The notes beneath the pieces were generated by a model that did not search any database, was not told where the DNA came from, and saw only the letters and a program-made list of their open reading frames with translations. A program made the position numbers and the translations under genes. Positions 8,922 to 17,947 of a stretch of DNA of 64,000 bases are shown here, one piece after another (positions within the stretch are counted from its first letter, which is position 1; every line of letters starts with the position of its first letter). Source of the DNA: a virus; the IMG/VR virus record IMGVR_UViG_3300017714_002439; one strand, 5' to 3'.

Positions 8922-9278
8922 ATGTTTGTAGGATATCAAGAAGAAATGTTTAAAAGTGAATGGGGTGTTAATCCTGGATTTAAGCATCTAGCAGATCAAC
9001 TATGTGACATGCTTCCACTACAAGGTAGTGTTGAAAACCCACGTAGCACTAACAAACAATTAGAAAAATTCCGTAAAGCACAAAACGTTATATACGATTT
9101 ATTTAACAATGGATTGTGTAATAGACGAACTGAATACCGTAACATGTTTGGTGAAGTTCCTATTCCAGGTTACGGACATGAAATTAGTAACATTCGTTGG
9201 AGTCAAGTAGAAGATGAAGTTGAAGCAAACTTTACTCCTATTATTTTAGCAGCGGCAAAAGAACAAGGATTGTCATAA
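8922..9278 (+). CDS. Early hypothetical protein
   Basis: Downstream of early promoter, AAGGAA SD. Confidence 0.8.
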   Translation: MFVGYQEEMFKSEWGVNPGFKHLADQLCDMLPLQGSVENPRSTNKQLEKFRKAQNVIYDLFNNGLCNRRTEYRNMFGEVPIPGYGHEISNIRWSQVEDEVEANFTPIILAAAKEQGLS

Positions 9279-9466
9279 TGATACGTATTTTTAATTCATC
9301 AGTACCAGGCGAACGTTGGATCTCACTAGACGAAGTTAATGTTGTAACACAGAAGATTTGTCCTGTTCAAAGTTCACCTTATATACTATTTGAACACAAT
9401 GATTATCCATTAGGTGCTTTACGTGCCGAATATAATGGAGAACATTGGTCATGCGATTTAGATTGA
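9278..9466 (+). CDS. Hypothetical protein
   Basis: TAATG coupling. Confidence 0.7.
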   Translation: MIRIFNSSVPGERWISLDEVNVVTQKICPVQSSPYILFEHNDYPLGALRAEYNGEHWSCDLD

Positions 9467-9474
9467 GAGGCAAC

Positions 9475-9573
9475 ATGCAACATCCTAATACCATAATATT
9501 AACTAAAAGTAGTATTTTTGGCCTAGCACTAACAGGTCTAATGATTTGTCTAAATATTTACTTTTTCTTTTAA
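9475..9573 (+). CDS. Possible 32-aa single-pass membrane peptide
   Basis: GAGAGG SD; MQHPNTIILTKSSIFGLALTGLMICLNIYFFF. Confidence 0.4.
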   Translation: MQHPNTIILTKSSIFGLALTGLMICLNIYFFF

Positions 9574-9617
9574 ACATAGGTTGACTTTTATACATTTTCG
9601 TGTATAAATAATATTGT

Positions 9618-9871
9618 TAACGTTGAAGCAACGTGGACACATACTGGACCTCGGGGCAGTACCGAGCAGCTCCACCATAAACACATTGCACAGTTAGTGT
9701 GCTTATGATGGGGCTGAAATAGGATCGACGGGTGTGAGAAGTGAAGTGGAGTTAACCGGTTGAGTGCGTTATTGCTCAAAATTCATAATTGCAAACGATA
9801 ATTATGCGCCAGAGATGGCATTAGCGGCGTAAAGCCACTATGAGGTAGCTATACCTTATCACCCAAAATAG
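9618..9871 (+). ncRNA. ssrA: Two-piece (circularly permuted) tmRNA; 5' and 3' limits approximate
   Basis: Acceptor piece CTCGG-GGCAGTA-CCGAG-CAGCTCC-A-CCA ends 9677 and precedes the coding piece starting GGGGCTGAAATAGGATCGAC at 9710; GGGGCTG/CAGCTCC gives G3-U70; tag frame 9791-9832 = ANDNYAPEMALAA-stop. Confidence 0.95.
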
Positions 9872-9880
9872 TATGGAAAA

Positions 9881-9905
9881 AGGTCGCCTAGTGCGGCCTT
9901 TTTTT
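9881..9905 (+). terminator. Terminator after tmRNA
   Basis: AGGTCGC-ctagt-GCGGCCT followed by T tract. Confidence 0.8.
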
Positions 9906-9910
9906 GTGAC

Positions 9911-9918
9911 TATAAATA
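9911..9918 (+). promoter_or_regulatory. T4-like late promoter TATAAATA
   Basis: Exact consensus immediately before ATG 9924. Confidence 0.6.
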
Positions 9919-9923
9919 CTAGC

Positions 9924-10967
9924 ATGATATACTCAAAGAATCCTGTAATTTTACAACTAGAACTTAGTAGTATGTGTAACGCATTATGTTTAGGTTGTCA
10001 ACGTGTTGATCCAAACACATATAATACAGTGCATCCAGATATCCCAAAAAAAGAAATGATATCAGTTGATACAATATACAAACTGATTAGTAGTCCACGA
10101 ATGTCTACAGTAGAAGAAATACAATTTTGTGGAACCATAGACGAACCGTTAATGCATCCGCAATTTATGGATATTATAGATGCAATGTATAAAACGAATC
10201 CTGAACTTGAGATGGAAATACACACAAACGGAAGTTTACGTTCTACTGATTACTGGAAAGACTTAGCAGTTAAACTATCTAAGTTTAGAAAACATAAAGT
10301 ATTATTTGGCATAGATGGGTTAACCGATACACATAGTATATACAGGCAACAAACAGATTTTGAAACTATTATAAAAAATGCATCACACTTTATACAATCA
10401 GGTGGAAATGCACAGTGGCAATATCTTATATTTCCATGGAACAAACATCAAGTTGAAGAAGCACGTAATATGAGTAAACAGTTAGGATTTAAACAGTTTA
10501 AAACACGCAATGATAGAAGTGGAGTAAGCGAAGAAGGATTAAAACGAGTAAAAGAAATACAAAAACACCCAGTAACGTCTATTATGGGATCTGACGCAAG
10601 TGTATACAATGGATATAAAATAAAGTGTATGAATCACGAAGAAGATATGTATCATGTTTCATATGATGGCAGGCTTTGGCCATGTTGTTATTTTGGTAAT
10701 GTCAGATACATGGGTCCAAAATTATATAATGAATTTAAACAAAGAATATTTGGAGTATATGGTGAAGATTTTAATTTGCTTACTAAACACACAGTAGAAG
10801 AAATATTAGATTCAGAGTTATATACAAATGACCTAATCGAGTCTTGGAATAATCCAGTAGGTTGCGGTAGCAAAGATAAAGTAAATCGTTGTGCAATGTC
10901 ATGTAGCGTTAAAGCACTTGAAACAAGACCAATAGCAACTGCACACGAAGTAACAACATTTGATTAA
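9924..10967 (+). CDS. Radical SAM protein with C-terminal SPASM-like domain (start revised to 9924)
   Basis: CNALCLGC, CGTIDEP, HTNGS, GIDG, DGRLWPCC. Confidence 0.85.
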   Translation: MIYSKNPVILQLELSSMCNALCLGCQRVDPNTYNTVHPDIPKKEMISVDTIYKLISSPRMSTVEEIQFCGTIDEPLMHPQFMDIIDAMYKTNPELEMEIHTNGSLRSTDYWKDLAVKLSKFRKHKVLFGIDGLTDTHSIYRQQTDFETIIKNASHFIQSGGNAQWQYLIFPWNKHQVEEARNMSKQLGFKQFKTRNDRSGVSEEGLKRVKEIQKHPVTSIMGSDASVYNGYKIKCMNHEEDMYHVSYDGRLWPCCYFGNVRYMGPKLYNEFKQRIFGVYGEDFNLLTKHTVEEILDSELYTNDLIESWNNPVGCGSKDKVNRCAMSCSVKALETRPIATAHEVTTFD

Positions 10968-10975
10968 ATAACACT

Positions 10976-11611
10976 ATGAGATATAATGCATATGACATTT
11001 CAATAACTACATATTGCCAGTTATTCTGTGCTGGATGTCAACGCAATGATGAAGATAATAATCTATCAAAAGAACTAGTGCAAGAGCATATGTCGTATGA
11101 GACATTTTGTATGATTATGAATCAGATTGATACAATGCCAGTTTCTCATATACAACTATGTGGTGAACTAGGTGATCCTATGATGCATCCAGATATAGAT
11201 AGAATATTAGAACGTATTTTAAAATCAAATTATACAATTATGATTAATACAAATGGTGCATTGCGTAGCCCAAGTTGGTATACAAAATGGGCAAGTAACC
11301 CTAATATTAAAATTTATTGGGGAATTGATGGATTAGATCACGTAACAAATGATAAGTATCGACGAGGAGCAAACTTTAAAAAAGCATGGGATAATATGTC
11401 TGCATGGTTTAAAAATAAAGGAAAAGGTGAATGGCATTTTATATTGTTTAGTTGGAATCTACATCAAGTTCCAGAGGTTGCGAGAATTGGAAGAGAAGAA
11501 CTTAATTGTAAAGTTCTTTACAAACTGACGCCAAGTAATACAGGTAAAGATGGATTAACTAATGAATATTGGGATCAAGCAAAACAACTGGTAGATAGAT
11601 ATGCAACATGA
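10976..11611 (+). CDS. Radical SAM core domain
   Basis: CQLFCAGC, CGELGDPMMHP, NTNGA, GIDG; paralog of 9924. Confidence 0.85.
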   Translation: MRYNAYDISITTYCQLFCAGCQRNDEDNNLSKELVQEHMSYETFCMIMNQIDTMPVSHIQLCGELGDPMMHPDIDRILERILKSNYTIMINTNGALRSPSWYTKWASNPNIKIYWGIDGLDHVTNDKYRRGANFKKAWDNMSAWFKNKGKGEWHFILFSWNLHQVPEVARIGREELNCKVLYKLTPSNTGKDGLTNEYWDQAKQLVDRYAT

Positions 11612-11990
11612 TATAAAATGTATGTCATGGGGCGAAGCTGACCAACCTGGAGCAAAGTCTGAAAGACAATGGGAAATTAATATAGATGGCAAAGTATGGC
11701 CATGTTGTATATTTGTTATTGATGCATATCCATATATGTCGCATGAATTACTTAAAACTCCAGAGTTCATGGAACTATATGAAAAAGATCCTAACTGGAA
11801 TAGTTTACATCACCATAGTTTAGAAAAAATACAATCACATCCATTTTATACAGAGGTTGTGCATCCAAAAGGTTGGGAAAGTGATAACCCTCCTAACATG
11901 TGTGCAAAGTATTGTGGCAAGTGCAGAACCAAAGAGCTTGATAGGACATCAGCAGGTCAACAACAAGATTCAAATACTATTAATAAATAG
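11601..11990 (+). CDS. Stand-alone SPASM-like domain
   Basis: KC...INIDGKVWPCC...CAKYCGKC, homologous to the C-terminus of the 9924 ORF. Confidence 0.7.
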   Translation: MQHDIKCMSWGEADQPGAKSERQWEINIDGKVWPCCIFVIDAYPYMSHELLKTPEFMELYEKDPNWNSLHHHSLEKIQSHPFYTEVVHPKGWESDNPPNMCAKYCGKCRTKELDRTSAGQQQDSNTINK

Positions 11991-12036
11991 GTTGACATTC
12001 ATTACATATCAGTGTTAGTATGATTGCAAGTTGTTA

Positions 12037-12111
12037 ATGGGTGTGGTGCTAATGGTAACATAGCGGTCTCCAAAACCGAAGACGAGGGTTCGATTCCTTC
12101 CACCTATGCCA
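12037..12111 (+). tRNA. tRNA-Trp (CCA)
   Basis: Acceptor ATGGGTG/CACCTAT, anticodon arm GCGGT-CTCCAAA-ACCGA, GGTTCGATTCC T-arm, encoded CCA. Confidence 0.93.
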
Positions 12112-12155
12112 ACTTAGATAAATAGATCTAAAAAACTATTTAACCAAGGAGGGTT

Positions 12156-12299
12156 ATGAAATTATATAAAAATTTTATAGCACACGAAACACAACCAAAG
12201 AAAACAAGCATAGGAAACACTCACTCTAGAACAAAATTTAGCTCAATGAACAAAAGTAAAAAACGTTCATATAAGAAGTATAAAGGACAGGGTAAGTAA
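12156..12299 (+). CDS. 47-aa highly basic peptide (not in supplied ORF track)
   Basis: AAGGAGG SD; MKLYKNFIAHETQPKKTSIGNTHSRTKFSSMNKSKKRSYKKYKGQGK. Confidence 0.7.
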   Translation: MKLYKNFIAHETQPKKTSIGNTHSRTKFSSMNKSKKRSYKKYKGQGK

Positions 12300-12301
12300 T
12301 T

Positions 12302-12511
12302 ATGGGATTTAAAGCAGCAACAACTAAACCTAAGTCTGTAAACTGGAAACGTTATATAGATGGAGTTGAAATTAAACCATCTATGTATGTAGGTAAAAAT
12401 GGAAAAAGTGTTATTGGCGGATCAGTTGATGGAGAAGTAATTTTAGATAAAGATGGAAATGCTATTCCATTTGGTCAAATAAGACATACTTCAATTGCAC
12501 ATCAAAAATAA
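12302..12511 (+). CDS. Hypothetical protein
   Basis: 69 aa ORF directly after the basic peptide. Confidence 0.7.
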   Translation: MGFKAATTKPKSVNWKRYIDGVEIKPSMYVGKNGKSVIGGSVDGEVILDKDGNAIPFGQIRHTSIAHQK

Positions 12512-12548
12512 AACTTGACAAATGCTTTATAAGTAGTATAATAAAAGC

Positions 12549-13463
12549 ATGTCACAGTTAGAGAAACACCACTGGATGAATGGAATTGATGAATACCTAA
12601 CACGTATTGATCATGTTCATGCTGACAAATTTAAACAAATTCATAAAGCAATTCATCAAGGACATATTTGGTCTATCAGAAACATGATGTTAGATCTAAT
12701 AAAAGAGGGAACCAAGACTACCAGTAAAGCTAATACAAATCTTTTACTTTCCCATTACCTTCCTGACTACGAGCCAACAGAAAAGCAATTACTACGTTTT
12801 ATACATAGATATGTAGACGATGGATTCTTAATTGATATATATCGATGGCTTGAAAATCACCAACATTTAGTTAATTTAGATTTGAATGATCACTTTAGTA
12901 GAGGTCAGATCAAAAGTAAACTATGGTTAATGGAAGAACTACGTAATGTAGTTGAAGGTAACCAATTGGGAACAGTAGTATTGTATGGTGGATGGTATGC
13001 CACTATTGCACATTTCTTCTTTAAGTTTTTTAGTCCATCAAAGCTATACAGTATTGATATAGATCCTAATACAGTTGAACTAGCAGATGGTTTTAATCTA
13101 AGACAAAGCAAGTTAAACAATTGGCAGTTTAAAGCATTTGCTCAAGATGTTAACAGCATTACATACGATAACGAAGGCAAGATAACTTTGCCTCCAGATG
13201 ATAGATTAGAAAATATTCCAATAAAACCAACAGTAGTAGTAAACACAAGTTGTGAGCATATGAACGAAGATTGGTTTTATAATTTACCAGATGGACAGTT
13301 TGTAGTATTGCAAACAAACGATTATTTTGGAAATGAACAACATGTTAATTGTGTTAATGGTATCAATGAAGCACTAGCAAAATATAAATTCAGTGAGGTA
13401 TACTTTAGTGGTGAATTAGATACACAATTATACAACAGGTTTATGATTATTGGGGTGAAATAA
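12549..13463 (+). CDS. Class I SAM-dependent methyltransferase-like protein
   Basis: VLYGGWY glycine loop, SIDID acidic motif, VVNTSCEHM. Confidence 0.7.
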   Translation: MSQLEKHHWMNGIDEYLTRIDHVHADKFKQIHKAIHQGHIWSIRNMMLDLIKEGTKTTSKANTNLLLSHYLPDYEPTEKQLLRFIHRYVDDGFLIDIYRWLENHQHLVNLDLNDHFSRGQIKSKLWLMEELRNVVEGNQLGTVVLYGGWYATIAHFFFKFFSPSKLYSIDIDPNTVELADGFNLRQSKLNNWQFKAFAQDVNSITYDNEGKITLPPDDRLENIPIKPTVVVNTSCEHMNEDWFYNLPDGQFVVLQTNDYFGNEQHVNCVNGINEALAKYKFSEVYFSGELDTQLYNRFMIIGVK

Positions 13464-13557
13464 TTATAATAGTTGTTAATGCATATTTTATTAAATTAAG
13501 TATTGACAACTACCTAGAAAAGTGGTATAGTATTAATTAAATAAACAGGAGCAACTT

Positions 13558-13767
13558 ATGATTACAAGTAGACAAATTGTTGATATTATTCGCAAAGAAA
13601 AGCAAAAGACAAAGAGCACGGAAATGCAATCTGCATATGATAATATTCTTAACCGTATAGAGGTCATAGAGGATGTTGAATTGCATAATAGATATAGTTC
13701 ATTTGGCATGACAAGAGACGTAGATGAGAGAATGTCAAAAGATGAGCTCGAAAAAATATTTAAGTGA
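13558..13767 (+). CDS. Hypothetical protein
   Basis: AGGAG SD; TTGACA promoter upstream. Confidence 0.7.
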   Translation: MITSRQIVDIIRKEKQKTKSTEMQSAYDNILNRIEVIEDVELHNRYSSFGMTRDVDERMSKDELEKIFK

Positions 13768-13999
13768 AGTTTGGCACAGAGTAATAGTCAGGCATAAAGA
13801 TAAAAAAGAAGCAGTCAAGTGGCTAGACGATATGAATATCGTAGCACACTGGCAAGACTTTAACAATGACTATTTTGATGATGAGCTAAACACCATTCAA
13901 TTTATTTTTCGAGAAAGTGAAGATTCAGACTTGACATGTGCTACATCTTTTGCTAAACTGTTTTCACTGCATAACGAGGTAAGAAGCTATGAGGTTTAA
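13742..13999 (+). CDS. Hypothetical protein
   Basis: Overlapping operon gene; start uncertain (13724 or 13742). Confidence 0.65.
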   Translation: MSSKKYLSEVWHRVIVRHKDKKEAVKWLDDMNIVAHWQDFNNDYFDDELNTIQFIFRESEDSDLTCATSFAKLFSLHNEVRSYEV

Positions 14000-14300
14000 A
14001 GATATAAAATTTAAAAAAACAACAACTCCTAAAGGTATACAAGCATTAATTCAGTTTGGTCCATATGAGCTAAGTGTTATTCAAAACGAGATGTCATATG
14101 GTGGGCAAATGGGTTTATATGAAATAGGAGTGTTTTCAGGTGAAGAACTTATTGAATTACCTGGCATCACTGAAGACGGTGATTGTGTTAGAGGCTATTT
14201 GACAGAGTCAAATGTTGATGCAATCATGCAAAAACTGTATTTAATTACCGCAAAAAATCCGGTGAATATACAAGTAAGAAATATGGAGACATCACAATGA
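13989..14300 (+). CDS. Hypothetical protein
   Basis: Operon gene with YELSVI...GLYEIGV. Confidence 0.7.
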   Translation: MRFKDIKFKKTTTPKGIQALIQFGPYELSVIQNEMSYGGQMGLYEIGVFSGEELIELPGITEDGDCVRGYLTESNVDAIMQKLYLITAKNPVNIQVRNMETSQ

Positions 14301-14515
14301 AACAAGAACTTTACTTAGAATATCAAGTAGGAAATAAAACTGCCCGAGTAATGAAACGAAACGATCAATTTGAAGTTGATTTTTTTGACGGTCAGAAACA
14401 AATGGGAACTATTAACTATGCAGATAAAAGTATACACTTTGTAGAAGACGCTGCTGAAAACTGGGTAACAGGAATTATGACACAAGCTACGCTAAATACG
14501 TATAGTATAAAATAG
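14297..14515 (+). CDS. Hypothetical protein
   Basis: GGAG SD, ATGA overlap. Confidence 0.7.
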   Translation: MKQELYLEYQVGNKTARVMKRNDQFEVDFFDGQKQMGTINYADKSIHFVEDAAENWVTGIMTQATLNTYSIK

Positions 14516-14529
14516 CAAGCAGAGGTATC

Positions 14530-15276
14530 ATGTCAGACATTATTAACGATATTAAACGAACGTCACAAGTAATCAGACGTTGTCAAAGAAATTGGGATCT
14601 TTCAAAATCAATCCCACGTGAACACATTGAGTTATTGGCAGAAGTAGCCAAGAACTCGCCAGCTAAACAAGATGAAGCATATTTTGATGTATATGCTATT
14701 ACTGATAGAGGACTAGTTGAAGAACTGTATGAAGATAGTTATGGATTTACAACTGGTGTATTAGATGGAGAAAAGTTTGAAGTTTGGCCAAATTCCCAAT
14801 CAAGAGCTAATCTTATATTTTGTTGGGTAGCAAAACAACCAAAAACAATGCGTAATTATTATCAAGATAATGTAGATAACGATCATTTTATTGCAAGTGA
14901 ATATGATGTAGAAGATGCTGATAAAACTCCAGGTAATCCTAAAGATCCAGGTGAGTGGAGTAGAAGCGTTGAAAATACTTATACATCAATTGGTATCTCA
15001 ACAGCATGTGTGGCAATGGCAGCAGCACGTTTGGGATATGTAACTGGTTACAATAAAAATGTAGGGTTGTTTGATGAAACAATTGAAATTGATACAAGTG
15101 ATACAGTATGGTTGAGATATTCACTGGGTATAGGATTTCCACTTGAAGACCAACCTCATCATATTGATAACGAAGGAAGAAACTTCATGTCTTATTCAAT
15201 GACTACAGAACGAGATAATGAAGTTATTGAAGTTACACGCCAAGACGGCAAAATCATTAAAACTAAAATCATTTAA
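14530..15276 (+). CDS. Nitroreductase-superfamily (FMN-binding) protein
   Basis: RRCQRNWD FMN-binding start, SPAKQD, SIGISTACVAMAAARLGYVTG, LGIGFP. Confidence 0.7.
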   Translation: MSDIINDIKRTSQVIRRCQRNWDLSKSIPREHIELLAEVAKNSPAKQDEAYFDVYAITDRGLVEELYEDSYGFTTGVLDGEKFEVWPNSQSRANLIFCWVAKQPKTMRNYYQDNVDNDHFIASEYDVEDADKTPGNPKDPGEWSRSVENTYTSIGISTACVAMAAARLGYVTGYNKNVGLFDETIEIDTSDTVWLRYSLGIGFPLEDQPHHIDNEGRNFMSYSMTTERDNEVIEVTRQDGKIIKTKII

Positions 15277-15294
15277 ATTAAAATAGTAACAATA

Positions 15295-15378
15295 GCGTCT
15301 ATGGTGGAATAGGTAGACACGACAGACTTAAAATCTGTTGCTTATGGCGTCCCGGTTCGAGTCCGGGTAGACGCACCA
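15295..15378 (+). tRNA. tRNA-Leu (TAA)
   Basis: GCGTCTA/TAGACGC acceptor, ACAGA-CTTAAAA-TCTGT anticodon arm, variable arm, GGTTCGAGTCC, encoded CCA. Confidence 0.95.
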
Positions 15379-15380
15379 AT

Positions 15381-15409
15381 AAAAGGGCAGTGTAAAAACT
15401 GCCCTTTTA
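15381..15409. terminator. Bidirectional terminator
   Basis: AAAAGGGCAG-tgtaaaaa-CTGCCCTTTT. Confidence 0.85.
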
Positions 15410-15411
15410 CT

Positions 15412-15924
15412 TTAAATCATTTGTAATGCTAGTTCAGTTGTTTCATCGACTCGACGAGTCCAACCACGTCCAAAAGTTTCAAAAGTTTTTAATCTTTCGT
15501 AATAACCTTGTCTTGCTTCTTGGAAATTTTTGATTGCATTATCTAATCCGACTTTGTCTACATATTCATTAACGCATCTTATTGTATTAGGGCCTATGCC
15601 TCCGTCTACTGTGGTTCCAACCATTTTCTGCAAATATTTTGCAGTTCGGCCAGTGCCTGCGTTAACACCAAAGTCGAATACGCATAAATCTAATCCGTCA
15701 GGTAAATCGTCACCTTTGACTCTGTCCCAATAATTTTTCTTATATATTGGAGCAACGTCTTTGACGGTTAGATCACGCATACTCTTTGTTCCGCCCCATT
15801 CTTCATAAACTCGCTTAGTTACTCCTAAGTTAGTCTCGCCTCCTGGGTCTTTTGGATGGTTTACATAACCACCCTCATGGTGTAAAATAGTTTCTAGACA
15901 TTTGTCGTAGTTTCTATGTGCCAA
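15412..15924 (-). CDS. GH108 family endolysin with peptidoglycan-binding C-terminal domain
   Basis: HEGGYVNHPKDPGGETNLGVT, FDFGVNAG, FGRGWTRRV; TTG start. Confidence 0.92.
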   Translation of the reverse strand: MAHRNYDKCLETILHHEGGYVNHPKDPGGETNLGVTKRVYEEWGGTKSMRDLTVKDVAPIYKKNYWDRVKGDDLPDGLDLCVFDFGVNAGTGRTAKYLQKMVGTTVDGGIGPNTIRCVNEYVDKVGLDNAIKNFQEARQGYYERLKTFETFGRGWTRRVDETTELALQMI

Positions 15925-15927
15925 TTT

Positions 15928-16107
15928 TTAATCCTCTTCTCTTTTCCAGATTGTCCATGCACCCCAAACAATAGCCACCCAAGCGGCAATTTTTGCTAAT
16001 GGTGTGAACATTAGAAAAACGACACCAGCGGCGACTAGCATCATGCCATCCCATGTAGTGCGTTCTTTGAAAAGTCCTGTGACTTTATTCTTTAAATAGT
16101 TAAACAT
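15928..16107 (-). CDS. 59-aa two-TM membrane protein, possible holin (not in supplied ORF track)
   Basis: MFNYLKNKVTGLFKERTTWDGMMLVAAGVVFLMFTPLAKIAAWVAIVWGAWTIWKREED; AGGAGA SD; directly upstream of endolysin. Confidence 0.65.
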   Translation of the reverse strand: MFNYLKNKVTGLFKERTTWDGMMLVAAGVVFLMFTPLAKIAAWVAIVWGAWTIWKREED

Positions 16108-16202
16108 AGTTGTTCTCCTTTTTATAACAGGTCACATTATGGCCTGTTACACGTATTTATGATAAAATTATGACTAAATACACTTAATACGAGGAGTAAA
16201 GC

Positions 16203-16580
16203 ATGGAACTAGTGCATAAGCATATTATATTAAGAATAGAAGCAAAGAAACCACCAAGTGAGCTTGAATTACAGCTATGGATGGCACAACTAGTAGAAAA
16301 GATAGATATGAAAATATTAGCCGGTCCTATATCAGCTAATATAGATTATATGCCAGGAAACAACGGGCCAACTTGTGTTGTTATTATTGAAACATCACAT
16401 TTTGCTTGCCATGTATGGACCGACTCGAACCCAGCCCTAATACAATTAGATGTTTACACTTGTGGTCCTTTTGACCCACATAAAGTGTTAGAACACATTC
16501 AAGTGTGGGAACCAACTAAAGTAGAATACAAATATCTAGATAGAGAACACGGATTAAACGAAATAAGTATTGACAAATAA
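16203..16580 (+). CDS. speD: S-adenosylmethionine decarboxylase family proenzyme (class 1b)
   Basis: HKHIIL, VIIETSHFACHVW self-cleavage region, QLDVYTCG. Confidence 0.85.
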   Translation: MELVHKHIILRIEAKKPPSELELQLWMAQLVEKIDMKILAGPISANIDYMPGNNGPTCVVIIETSHFACHVWTDSNPALIQLDVYTCGPFDPHKVLEHIQVWEPTKVEYKYLDREHGLNEISIDK

Positions 16581-16629
16581 TACAACCTGCGTTATACTAG
16601 TAGAGTATATAAAGCGTTAGGAGTATTAT

Positions 16630-17067
16630 ATGACTATGCACTTAGTTGGTCCTTACATGACCACAACTCAATACAGTCGTAAGAAAAAGAAAAAACACAT
16701 GACTGTTGAAAAACAAGAAAAGCTAAAGATACAATGGCGTAAGCATAATAAAGATTGTCGCAGACGACATATTCATTCAGCACAGTTTGAAAAATTTGAA
16801 GACTTTGTTGATTACATCAATGGAACATATACAGCACCAAAAAGAGAATATGTTGGTAAAGCATATGAACCACCCAAGCTACGTGAAACTCCAGACTATC
16901 CAAGTTTGAGCAACAACGTTGGCGGATCAGCTCCTCGTAAAGAAAGTATGAAATACACAGGTGAACGTAAATTACTAGGTATTGCTACAATGCATAAAAG
17001 TAATATGGTTCCAGTATTTGCTGATAATAAAGAAGAAGCAGTGGAGATTGCTAGAATGAGGCGCTGA
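16630..17067 (+). CDS. Basic hypothetical protein
   Basis: AGGAG SD; IATMHKSNMVPVF C-terminal motif. Confidence 0.8.
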   Translation: MTMHLVGPYMTTTQYSRKKKKKHMTVEKQEKLKIQWRKHNKDCRRRHIHSAQFEKFEDFVDYINGTYTAPKREYVGKAYEPPKLRETPDYPSLSNNVGGSAPRKESMKYTGERKLLGIATMHKSNMVPVFADNKEEAVEIARMRR

Positions 17068-17095
17068 GTTTTAGTAAATTAACTAGGATAACAGT

Positions 17096-17272
17096 ATGAA
17101 AAATCTCAAAAACTTATTTCGATATAAAGTAATGGAATGGCATATGCAGGCAAATGACGAAAGGGTAAGTTGGGGACAACGAACTATAAGTTTTGCTGAA
17201 TATGTTTCTCGTTACCGTTGGTGGTTACGAAGAAAATTTAGAAAGGAACAAGATGCAGATAGAAAGAACTGA
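17096..17272 (+). CDS. 58-aa hypothetical protein (not in supplied ORF track)
   Basis: MKNLKNLFRYKVMEWHMQ...YRWWLRRKFRKEQDADRKN fills the gap between operon genes. Confidence 0.55.
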   Translation: MKNLKNLFRYKVMEWHMQANDERVSWGQRTISFAEYVSRYRWWLRRKFRKEQDADRKN

Positions 17273-17444
17273 AGAAGAAATTTTAGAACAAGCAATAAAG
17301 GAGTGGAAACAAAAGGGTGGTAAAATCACCATATGTGAACCGGGTGCTAGATCAGAAGATATACAGATTGGGCAATGGGGAAAACGCAAGAAAAATAAAA
17401 AGATTGGCGCAATAAAAACTGATAAGTTTGGCGAAGGCAAGTAA
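17253..17444 (+). CDS. Hypothetical protein (start revised to 17253)
   Basis: AAGGA SD; AIKEWKQKGGKITICEPG. Confidence 0.65.
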   Translation: MQIERTEEEILEQAIKEWKQKGGKITICEPGARSEDIQIGQWGKRKKNKKIGAIKTDKFGEGK

Positions 17445-17884
17445 TGTATAAAGTAACAGCATACTTTAAAGACCATAAAGTTACAAGAAAATTTTATGAT
17501 TTATATGATGCAATAGATTATAGAGATAGTGCAGATGCTTACTATCCTATTAAAGTAACATTTGAAAAGGTAAAAGATATGAGAGAATGGGTATATGAAT
17601 GTTGGAATGCAGTAATGGATGATAAAAGAAATCCATTAAGTAATATTCCAGACTTCAGCACTAGGCATATGATTATGCAAGTATTAGCATGGATGTGGTG
17701 TATTACATTTGCATTTATTGTAGGTAGTATGTGGGCTGGAGTAGTTTCTATGATGATACATGTAGTATTACTAGGAGCCATTGCAGTAACAGTTGCCACA
17801 TTTGAAACAGCAAAACGTAAACCACAGTTTTTTGTAAGAGATAATCGTATTAATTCAAGAGCTCCAGGTGGCGAACACGAGTAG
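17444..17884 (+). CDS. Hypothetical membrane protein
   Basis: Two C-terminal TM helices. Confidence 0.7.
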   Translation: MYKVTAYFKDHKVTRKFYDLYDAIDYRDSADAYYPIKVTFEKVKDMREWVYECWNAVMDDKRNPLSNIPDFSTRHMIMQVLAWMWCITFAFIVGSMWAGVVSMMIHVVLLGAIAVTVATFETAKRKPQFFVRDNRINSRAPGGEHE

Positions 17885-17891
17885 AAAAAGG

Positions 17892-17920
17892 TTGACAAAA
17901 CCAAGAGTTCTTGCTATAAT
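17892..17920 (+). promoter_or_regulatory. sigma70-type early promoter with palindromic spacer
   Basis: TTGACA-AAACCAAGAGTTCTTGC-TATAAT. Confidence 0.8.
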
Positions 17921-17947
17921 ATGTGTATGTTAAATGAAAGAGAAGAT

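Noticed and set aside
9873-9923. Supplied upstream starts for several ORFs (9873, 606, 1112, 39415, 42424, 45409, 34170)
   Set aside because: They run through terminators, promoters or upstream genes; downstream starts have better SD, coupling or motif context
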